DNA of 32,100 bases from Octopus bimaculoides (Eukaryota). Numbering within the stretch: position 1 is the stretch's first letter; each line of letters begins with the position of its first letter. The notes below the pieces were generated by a model. That model was not told the origin of the DNA. It saw nothing but the letters and a program-made list of their open reading frames with translations, and ran no database searches. The stretch covers positions 44,328,955-44,361,054 of the forward strand of contig NC_068981.1 in NCBI RefSeq assembly GCF_001194135.2, written 5' to 3'. The translations under genes were made by a program, and so were the position numbers. Below are positions 21,827-32,100 of the stretch, piece after piece.

Positions 21827-24517
21827 AGTCTCACCGTCAAAACATCACCCATATTTTTAACCCCCCTCCTCTATATCATTAGTAACTTCAACTAGCTTTT
21901 TTAACCACGTAATAAATACTACGTTCCCCCTAACTCACATCATGAACGCTTCTCTCCCCTTTGTTCCCTCTTTTTCTGTCTCCCCCTTTCTGTCTCAATC
22001 TTCGCCTTATCTTCTTTTTCTCTCTCGCCTTTTTCCTTCTCCTCTCTTTCCCTTCAACTAATCACGTGAAAGCGTTACAATTATATTCCCTCTACCTCAA
22101 GTCATAGACGCTTCTGTCTCCTGCTTTTCCCCGCGCCCTCTTTTCTCTCTCCCTCTCTCTTTCCCTAATCACGTGATAGCGTTTCTAACGGGCTAAGTAA
22201 CGCAATGACAAGCATAATTATTATAATATATTAAAATTGACATCTAATCGCAGACATTAGTTCAATGACTTTCATTTTCTCAAAAATCAACTATATCTAA
22301 CATTGTATGAATATTTTTGGAAAATTAATAAAAGTTTAAAGGTGCTTCAGAATTGGAGAGTTTTATTTTTAATTTGCTCATCCGTATTTTTTTTTTCATT
22401 GGAAATGTTTTTGTTTTAGCTCAAGTACAAATTCAATGTAAATACAGAAGTAATCAGTTTAGAAGCAATCATGTTGGCTATCTTACTCTCCTATAAATGT
22501 GAAACATACAAGATTACTATATGAAATATGTATTTCATTGTAGAATCCATGCTTCGTCGTATTAATTTATTATATCACAAATTCATGCCCCTCTGTAGTA
22601 AACACCATTAGATACATAATTATATTCAGCAACACTGCTAGACACAAAAATGACTGAAAATATTAATATACATTCAAATTAATCTATATGTAAATGTGAC
22701 AAATATTGAAACGAATAAGATGTAAGATGGTAGCATATATTTTGATGTATAACAAGGATATACTAGTAAACATGTTTGACAAGCCTCTAGAAGATGATCT
22801 AAGAGTTTCGTGAGATGAACATTCTATTGCGCATTTCTTCTCTGAAGTGAACAAAGAAATTTGTTGAAATATAAATTGTATTAAAGTGGAAGGATTGATC
22901 CTGTTAGATAATATTATATTGCATAGCATGTAATAGTTTCCCAGAGGGAAAACAATTTGGTTGGAAGAAACAATATTAAGCTATAAAATCTATAAGTAAA
23001 TCATTAATATCAGATTTCTTTGCTGGTAGAACAGTATGCAAGATTTATCAACACATATAGACAGATTCATTAACTGGCTATAGTGTTTTGTATCAAATGC
23101 GTTGCACTGCTTTTATTTTATTCTGATAGGCATTTAGTCCCGGCATCACTGGTAAACATTTTGCCTCTCTTTCCTCGACAGTCAATGAATTACCAACAAT
23201 CCTCTTATTCATGTTTCAGGGAATCTTCGATTTCATAAATATTTACTTTTGAACAAGGCAGAAAGCGACTAACGAGCTCATCATTCTGCAGTGTATTTCT
23301 AATAATTAAACCTGGTATAAACAAGAATCTCAGGTTGGCCGTAATAAATAGACGTATAAAGCATAGAAACCTAATTGAATACTTTCTTATTATAGATGCG
23401 TAATTTGTAGAAATGATTAGGTGTAACACCTGGCAGTATATATATATATATATATTTATAGTATGATGAATTGAGTTATTTCATACTATATGATGTTGAG
23501 TGTAGAATACCTTTTGGGAATCCTTCGATGAACAATGCAATACTTACACGAAAGATGGATAAATGAATTTCGCAAAACTACAATTAATTTGTGACAGATT
23601 AAAGAGAACCATATGAAAGTACAAACGATCCATTAGCTTTTATGAAGTCTAAGTATAATGATAGCTTTAGATATTCTTTGTATATGAATGTAATACGTAT
23701 TAATTGATGCACTGGTATGACTGAAGGTATGTTTCATATTGTATCATAATTTTAGCAATAATTATTGATGCCTATATGAACATCTGGTGAAATCTGCATT
23801 TATTATATAATAAGAAACATCAACTGATCATTGACCGCCATTTGTGAGAGGATTATGGTAATATGAAGCAGAAATGAAAGAACCATTTTATAAGTCATGT
23901 AAGCCATTTAGTATTATATCAATATTTTGACTCAGTACATTAAGTAGGACATGAAAATAATACACAGCGGAATTTCAGATTATAAATATGGCTGTAATAA
24001 TTATGGTTACTTAATAGGTGCAAGTTTTGTTTCTAGATATATAAATATATATAATAAAAGTGCTACTGAGCTAAAAAGATGTGTTTTAAAGTAGTGTTGG
24101 AAAACTGAAGCTTTGTTTTTAACTCTTATCAAATAATATTCTGCAATTATGACGTACTGACTAACAATGTTTCAGATCCTATTTACGTAACACTCTTGTT
24201 TAGTTAAAGTTTATAATAATAGAATTCTCTGGAAACGTACCAACAATGCGTATTTCGTATATCTTTAACTAGTCACATGACAATCATTAAAAGATGGTAT
24301 AAATTTCAATGGCTCCCAACGCTGTTATTTACTTTCCCGTGACGCGAGATATGAGGTCTAAAAGCTAATTCAGTATGTTCTAATTTGTTCAAAAGGCCCA
24401 CTCTACTCCGAATAGCTGAAGACTAAGTTTGCTTTTTGATATCGCATTTTAGAAGAAGTGTCCGTATGACTAGCATTTAGACATTAAACCAATTCGGGGA
24501 CAATACACAACAAATTC

Positions 24518-24518
<1 letters not shown>

Positions 24519-24548
<30 letters not shown>

Positions 24549-24566
24549 CTTCTTCTTCTTCTTCTT
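24519..24566. repeat. (CTT)16 trinucleotide microsatellite
   Basis: Direct reading. Confidence 0.98.
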
Positions 24567-24567
24567 T

Positions 24568-24628
24568 TCGGCATTTCATGTTCGATTAAATAAGTACCAG
24601 TTGAGTACTGGGGTCGACGTTATCACTG
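24568..24628 (+). mobile_element. 3' fragment of family B SINE (copy 4)
   Basis: TTCGATTAAATAAGTACCAGTTGAGTACTGGGGTCGACG matches the reverse complement of the 3' body of copies 2 and 3. Confidence 0.7.
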
Positions 24629-25079
24629 TGATCAACGAGCTCCTTATCAACTTTCTCATTCCAGTTGCATTGACATAACTCTTCTCAAGATCCTGGCTGT
24701 TCCAAATAGTTCTTGGAACAGCCATATACGTTCTTCCTTCTTCAAATCAATTTACTTCATTGATGTAAAATGGAAATTACACAGGACGAGAATATATATT
24801 TGTAAAGTAGCTGGTGTAAATGATTATGCGTGTAGCATATTTATCACAAATCCATGTTTTTCCTTCCATTCTCATAAATCTTTCTTAATTTTAAAACTGC
24901 TTTCGAAGCACCTTTACAAAACACATGAGAATGCTTCCCTCATTAGTGCAACTAATAGATAATATTCTGATACTCGGTTTATAGAAAACTTTTCATATTA
25001 TGTCTCATTTTATTCTTTTTATTTTATTTTTCTCAAGTAATCAGGCCCCGATATTTCTCAGGCCTCGATTGATTTGCAG

Positions 25080-25201
25080 GTGGTTGGTGTATTCTATCCT
25101 CACATCAGAAAGCTGTGCCGAATGCAGGTGACAGAACAGGATCTACTAAGAAAAAGTGGTATCCAGTATATGATGATCAAGCGGAGAAACTACTAAGCTA
25201 A
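25080..25201 (+). other. candidate terminal exon (unverified)
   Basis: GC-richer island after a long T-rich tract and TTTGCAG|G; frame GWCILSSHQKAVPNAGDRTGSTKKKWYPVYDDQAEKLLS followed by TAA TAG. No homology recognised. Confidence 0.2.
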
Positions 25202-26498
25202 TAGTGGCATTCAGAATGTCGTATTACACTGAAAATATATATTTAAAACAAAAATCGTTTTAACTTAGTTCTTTATAAATTTTAAAATTATAAAACATTA
25301 TAGGTGTGAATCATAGGGAAAAATACATAGAATTGTTGTTGAGAAAGGCAGCGTAACATGAGAATGGAAAAATGGACTTCCTATAAGACTTGACGCACAT
25401 ATAACGTTTCAAATTCTTGTGAGTTTCGTATAGATAATGTGTCCAAAAAATGTTTTTCTAAAGTGAATCTCTTCAGTAAGTGCTATGTTTTAAAAATATT
25501 TAGTGGATATATTTAGTGTCGTACACAACTGTCTGTATTATTTTTTCTTTTGATAAGAAAAAAATATGATCATATACGTATGCAAATTCAAAATTACACA
25601 GATATTACGAAAAGCAATAACCTATCAAATATTTCACACATATTTTTTCTCCTATATAATTATTTGTTTTATAAAAATTGAATAAATAGATTTAGGAAAA
25701 GAAAATTAATATATATATATATATTGAAGTTCGTCTACGAAATGTCAGCCCTTTTGTCTGGTAACTTTAGGATAGATATTCAAACTTTACTTAATTATTT
25801 TCATAGAAAAATCAAGACTGGCTGTAGTCATAACAAATGCCTCAGCATTCAACTTCAGTTGCAACTGAAACCTAGCATGTGAGGATGTTTTTCTTAATTA
25901 TTGGGAAAACATCGAGCCTCCAGATTTGTTGCCGATATTTATACTGTTTCCTTTGCTATTAGATTCGTAGTAAAGCTTATCAGAACGTAAAAAATTCGAA
26001 TATAGTTATTGATGTACATAATTTCAATTTTGAAATACTAACTGAATTTTAATCTCACAAGCAATGATCTTTTACGTTTATTAATTCTTATTACTACCTT
26101 TGTACTACATGGACTCTCCGCTACGTGACTAAAGAGAAATGCCCAAAACATTCGCTAAACTGATATGCATCAGAAAAAGGTCACTTTATGTGGCAAAGGA
26201 GCACAAGATTACTGAATCGATACTAATGCATGTGAAACAAAAGCAGTCTATCAATAGGTAAAGATACACACGTCATACATACACACATACACACACTCTC
26301 TCACCCTCATAAATTTATTTTCAAATTGCAATTTAACACTTTAAAATAATGATCAACATATTATCGATAGTACATTTCGAATGATCACCACATTTTACAT
26401 ATGTTACATCAAGCCAACAACTGGAGATCTAGTATTGTCTCCCCTATTTCTATCAAGCTACACAAACATCCTTACGTACAAAGAAAACACACATTAAC

Positions 26499-26526
26499 AA
26501 AAAAAAAAAAAAAAAAAAAAAAAAAA
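26499..26526. repeat. poly(A) tract (28 nt)
   Basis: Direct reading. Confidence 0.97.
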
Positions 26527-27145
26527 CAGAAGGGTATAATCCTGATAAGAATGTATTTGGTGAAAGGTTGTCTCGAACTTTATCTTTCATAGAGCTAATC
26601 AAAAATAAAACAAACACAATAACGCAACATTTTATGTAAATGTTAAATAGAACAATTTTCATGAATGACATAATATTCGGACAATTGTGCTGATTTATAA
26701 TGAATGTGCTATGGGTAGTTGCGAATATATTTACATTGTAAATTACTCATCTGACTTGGTCAACTACCTTAGTCAATTTATGATTCCGGAATTCAGGAAA
26801 TACCTATAATTTATACGATCATATTGTGTCAAAGATCTTTTAAAGCCAAGATCTACAAATTTGACCTCCCATATTCTAATACAATGATCAATGCATATGT
26901 TTCTTTGGTTGTTATTTCAGCGAATATTGTTTGTATTCATATTTCTGGCAACATATGAAAAGTTTTGACGATCTATAGAGATAATTACAACAGTCAATAT
27001 TTGTACAAATCTATGAAAAAATCATCGAGTAATCTATTATTTATTAATATTTGTCTGACAAATTTCGTGCAAAATAATGGAAATGAATCAATAAAATTAG
27101 CCTGTCAGAAATAAGGTTAATATGCCTATAAATTCATACACGGAT

Positions 27146-27157
27146 ACATACATACAT

Positions 27158-27228
<71 letters not shown>

Positions 27229-27486
27229 NNNNNNNNNNNNNNNNNNNNNNNNNNNNNNNNNNNNNNNNNNNNNNNNNNNNNNNNNNNNNNNNNNNNNNNN
27301 NNNNNNNNNNNNNNNNNNNNNNNNNNNNNNNNNNNNNNNNNNNNNNNNNNNNNNNNNNNNNNNNNNNNNNNNNNNNNNNNNNNNNNNNNNNNNNNNNNNN
27401 NNNNNNNNNNNNNNNNNNNNNNNNNNNNNNNNNNNNNNNNNNNNNNNNNNNNNNNNNNNNNNNNNNNNNNNNNNNNNNNNNNNNNN

Positions 27487-27529
<43 letters not shown>

Positions 27530-27559
27530 AAATATATATGTATACACACGCACACACAA

Positions 27560-27593
<34 letters not shown>

Positions 27594-27605
27594 TTATATA
27601 TATAT
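27146..27605. repeat. (CATA)n/(CA)n/(TA)n field interrupted by a gap at 27229-27486
   Basis: Direct reading. Confidence 0.97.
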
Positions 27606-28981
27606 AGAAATAGTGTTCTAAATGTAATTGAATTGTTAGCATTAATTAAAAGAAGCGAATGTTTGTATTGAAGCCTATAATATTAGTTTTCTACTCAAGG
27701 AAAGCGTGTTTAATATAAAAAAAAAATATTTATTTACATGGTAAAGCGAGTTGTAGATATTACGTCACTAGGTGTTTGGTTATAAATACACATACACAAG
27801 AAAACAACAACCTGATCTGTAATATTACTGGAAAAGCATACTTTAATATATTAACCGACATATAAATATGTTTCGAACAAAATTATGCTCATAAGAAACA
27901 TATTCAACGAAAATACATATACACTTTACGAAGTGAGATATAAATATTTTCAATAATGTAACATGTATTAAGTATCTTTGGTGACATAGTTTCTCTATAT
28001 TTCGAATATATAAGTTTCTTATGCTAAGAAATGAAAGTACTTATATACAAAATCAAGTTAATTGATTTGATAGCATCACTTAATTAGTTAAAAATGATAC
28101 AATACGGTAAGACAACAGGTAAGAGAGAAGCAAGATTAGAATATAACGTCTAGTTTCTCTTTAGATCAATGCTGTGAATTCATAGGTACATGTTGGCTTT
28201 GTGAACATGATTTTTAATGCGTACAATGCACAACACGATATCTGAACCATTCCTCTGTTTGGTCTCTTATGGACGTGCACTAGATTATTGTTCATAACAA
28301 TTTGTTTACAGTGGTTTTCCGATAATAGTATATTGTGTGAAATTCGCCAGTGTCTAGTGCTTAGTACTTCCGTATTTTGCTTCAATTTATATACATTACA
28401 AAGACATGCAATATTTGTGAACATTACAAATGCATGCAATATTATACTTTTTTAAATGTTGCGAGATATTCGAATAATTACTTATAGTAATGATGTATAT
28501 TTGACGTTTATGCATTTGAATCTTCTCACCACCACAGCCAACACCAACACCACCACCACCACCACCACGTAAAAGTGCTGTCTCCTTAATGTTATTTTCC
28601 TTACACTTAATATTATCACTGCGATGGGTACATTTCATCAAATACCACGAGAAATGGTTGACAGGTATTACAAACAAACAAAAATATAATGCAAATTAAT
28701 AAGATAAAAACGTTACACTAAACGAAAAATATAAAACTACGGAAACTAACCTACACATATAAGTTATTTTCCATTATGCTGAATCATATTTTACTAAAAT
28801 GTCAAAGCTTTCACCTTGTAGTGAAGATCCTGTATCAGTAACAGAGACATTTATTGATATGTGCATGCGCACGTGTATGCATGAGCGTAGAGGTGTGTGT
28901 ATATACGAGACAATATTGATTCAGGTGATCTGGTATGCGAAAACCAAAAGAACAAGCGGAAACTTTTACTTTTAAAAACAA

Positions 28982-29050
28982 TACACACACACACACACAC
29001 ANNNNNNNNNNCACACATATATATATATATACACATACACACATATATAT
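28982..29050. repeat. (CA)/(TA) microsatellite containing a 10-N gap (29002-29011)
   Basis: Direct reading. Confidence 0.95.
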
Positions 29051-29599
29051 AATTAGCATTTAAAATTAAATGGCAAGAGTAACAACTCAACTGATGAAGG
29101 ATAAGAATGACAATGCTGTATTGTGGGAGAAACTGGCGTTATCAGTTAGTTATTGTCATGAGTGGAATACTGAGAAACATATTCTACTTGATGCAAAATT
29201 TATGGTCAATATACTATATATTTACTACGTTAAATTAGGGATAACATTTAATATGCGGTATAAATTGCTTCTAACAGTATGTAGGCGTTTTCTTACCCTT
29301 TAATAGACTTGGAAAATGTTTTTAGAATCAAATAATGTAACATACGATATTTTCTGTTAGTTCTCACGCAATAAAAATTGGATCCACTGTCTTGAAACTT
29401 ACAACAATATTCACAAATAATGTAGTGCTAATTGAAACATAAACCATTTTGCGAAGCAACATTAATGTTCAAAGAATATATAATTGAAAAATGATAACAA
29501 ATTCTTCTTAAAACAGGTAACACATATCCGCTAGTCTTTTATATTAAAAATGGATTAACAGGATGCTCAAGCATAAACCTACGGCAATTACCTAGTTGC

Positions 29600-29635
<36 letters not shown>

Positions 29636-30588
29636 NNNNNNNNNNNNNNNNNNNNNNNNNNNNNNNNNNNNNNNNNNNNNNNNNNNNNNNNNNNNNNNNN
29701 NNNNNNNNNNNNNNNNNNNNNNNNNNNNNNNNNNNNNNNNNNNNNNNNNNNNNNNNNNNNNNNNNNNNNNNNNNNNNNNNNNNNNNNNNNNNNNNNNNNN
29801 NNNNNNNNNNNNNNNNNNNNNNNNNNNNNNNNNNNNNNNNNNNNNNNNNNNNNNNNNNNNNNNNNNNNNNNNNNNNNNNNNNNNNNNNNNNNNNNNNNNN
29901 NNNNNNNNNNNNNNNNNNNNNNNNNNNNNNNNNNNNNNNNNNNNNNNNNNNNNNNNNNNNNNNNNNNNNNNNNNNNNNNNNNNNNNNNNNNNNNNNNNNN
30001 NNNNNNNNNNNNNNNNNNNNNNNNNNNNNNNNNNNNNNNNNNNNNNNNNNNNNNNNNNNNNNNNNNNNNNNNNNNNNNNNNNNNNNNNNNNNNNNNNNNN
30101 NNNNNNNNNNNNNNNNNNNNNNNNNNNNNNNNNNNNNNNNNNNNNNNNNNNNNNNNNNNNNNNNNNNNNNNNNNNNNNNNNNNNNNNNNNNNNNNNNNNN
30201 NNNNNNNNNNNNNNNNNNNNNNNNNNNNNNNNNNNNNNNNNNNNNNNNNNNNNNNNNNNNNNNNNNNNNNNNNNNNNNNNNNNNNNNNNNNNNNNNNNNN
30301 NNNNNNNNNNNNNNNNNNNNNNNNNNNNNNNNNNNNNNNNNNNNNNNNNNNNNNNNNNNNNNNNNNNNNNNNNNNNNNNNNNNNNNNNNNNNNNNNNNNN
30401 NNNNNNNNNNNNNNNNNNNNNNNNNNNNNNNNNNNNNNNNNNNNNNNNNNNNNNNNNNNNNNNNNNNNNNNNNNNNNNNNNNNNNNNNNNNNNNNNNNNN
30501 NNNNNNNNNNNNNNNNNNNNNNNNNNNNNNNNNNNNNNNNNNNNNNNNNNNNNNNNNNNNNNNNNNNNNNNNNNNNNNNNNNNNNNNN
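29636..30588. other. assembly gap (N run) flanked by (TA)n
   Basis: Run of N. Confidence 0.99.
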
Positions 30589-30622
<34 letters not shown>

Positions 30623-31020
30623 GTTCTGAAACACGTACATTTCTATAAGTATGTATGAGTGGATACACACACTCTTACAAATGTATATTTACATATGCAT
30701 ATATATATATATTAGTGGAAAAAGGACAACAAAAGCCAAGGCAGGATGCGTATCTCGACTCATTTAGAATAATTTAATTAGGCTAAAGTGAATTTAACGT
30801 CTTAGAGCTGTTTGTGGGATAGCCCAAGTGATAGGCTAGTATGTCCGTAGAATGCGTGTTCCGTCTATGCCTGCTAACACGCAAGCCTTATATGGATCCC
30901 TAACTCTAGCCTCAGCTGTGAACTTGGAACATAATAGATGACCGACTACAGTACTTACCCAGGGTATCTATTCGTTTAGGTCACTAATAAACTAAACCTT
31001 CACATTCTAAATATATATAT

Positions 31021-31156
31021 TTACCAGTGTAAGCACATAAATGCGCAGCAAGGCGGAAAAAATAGTACTAGAATACCCGAGGTAGAGTAATATGCTTTCT
31101 TAAAAAAACAGCAAAAATATCACAAAAACTGTTACTCAGAGTTTCACGTTCCCGTT
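31021..31156 (-). mobile_element. interspersed repeat fragment, probably Penelope-like terminal region, beginning with a 5'-truncated hammerhead motif
   Basis: Minus strand ACG-GGAA-CGT-GAAA-CTCTGAGTA-ACAGTTT...AAAGCATATTACTCTACCTCGGGTATTC. Resembles an abundant octopus repeat as recalled; hammerhead stem II, GAAA and stem III are visible. Confidence 0.6.
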
Positions 31157-31567
31157 TTGTTTAGAATGGAGCAAGATAAAGATATATGCAGAAATACAAT
31201 TGCTTTGATAGATACACATTTCAAAATGGTTTTGTTTCATTGGACTTTTCAACTAACGGTCTTTTCAATAACCGGTTGCATGGAAAAACAAATTGCGGTT
31301 TAACACCATATTATTATAAAAATCGAAGAAAGCCTTAAATCAAAAAGATTATGAAGAAGGAAAAAAGCCTGAATACCAATGGTAAATAATTAGTTGTAAA
31401 AATAATGATAAATTAAAAGATATATATGTTAAAAAAAATCAACTTCCACGCTATAATACGTATGCATTCAGTAATTCATACTCATACTAAACAATCTATA
31501 TTATACACATTTACACTAAACATAGAGGCGTAGGTACATGGCTACATACATATACAGATATATATCG

Positions 31568-31571
<4 letters not shown>

Positions 31572-31659
<88 letters not shown>
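31572..31659. repeat. (AT)n microsatellite
   Basis: Direct reading. Confidence 0.99.
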
Positions 31660-31661
<2 letters not shown>

Positions 31662-31744
31662 AATGCGTATATATGTAGGCACGCTCACACACACACGCGC
31701 GCAAATCCTTCTGGTGTATGCTTATACAGTTTAGTTGTTACAGG

Positions 31745-31885
31745 CGAAAAAACAGAAAAAGAAAAGTAATTGTAGAATAACAAGTGGGGGAGAACGAAAA
31801 AGCGAAAAAAGAAAAAGAAATACAAGAAAAAGAGCAGAAATTTAGAAAGAGAAAGGGAAAAATAGTTAGAAGTAGTGAGAGTGAA
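31745..31885. repeat. A/G-rich low-complexity tract
   Basis: Direct reading; explains ORF 31738-31965. Confidence 0.85.
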
Positions 31886-32100
31886 ATGATTGACGTTCCA
31901 ATAAGTATCTGACGAAAGTTAGATACTTCTTTCAGATTGTGAAACGCACGCATAAAAACGTACACATAAAATTACATGCATATCTACATAAATACAAACA
32001 CACATACACAAACACACACATATAGACACGCATACCAATATACAAAAAATATGTACGCAAATACGTGCCCATACATACAAATATATATACATATATATAT

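Noticed and set aside
25854-25869. Perfect 16-bp palindrome TTCAGTTGCAACTGAA
   Set aside because: About one palindrome of this size is expected by chance in a window of this length and composition.
29085-29155. CTGATGA ... GAAAC on the plus strand as a third hammerhead
   Set aside because: The bases flanking the core do not form stem II (no 10.1-11.1 pair) and stem I pairing is poor. Other CTGANGA hits (e.g. ~680, ~2553, ~3410, ~11389, ~31909) lack a downstream GAAA after a stem.
30930-30985. TACTTACCCAGGG, resembling the U1 snRNA 5' end or a strong minus-strand donor
   Set aside because: Similarity to U1 stops after ~12 nt, and no clean open exon lies upstream of the donor.

Overview
AT-rich animal (non-prokaryotic) genomic DNA, very likely coleoid cephalopod (Octopus-like). 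This call rests on recalled resemblance of several interspersed repeats plus extreme (CA/TA/TTTC)n density, not on a database search. The window looks intronic or intergenic: six assembly gaps (~2.4 kb of N) and no confidently identifiable protein-coding gene. Nearly all long ORFs in the track are microsatellite or N read-through artefacts. Supportable content: a decayed, truncated mariner (DD34D-type) transposase on the minus strand (~16.3-16.95 kb); several tRNA-like SINE copies from three apparent families; a probable 3' end of a non-LTR retroelement next to the first gap; a Helitron-like 3' terminus; and many simple repeats. The most interesting signal is two unrelated minus-strand remnants of minimal type I hammerhead ribozymes of the Penelope-associated kind. 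One sits inside a complete tRNA-headed (Pol III) SINE at 8217-8480, an arrangement analogous to schistosome Sm-alpha; the other is at ~31.13-31.16 kb. Both copies here carry core mutations and are probably inactive. A few exon candidates are listed at low confidence.
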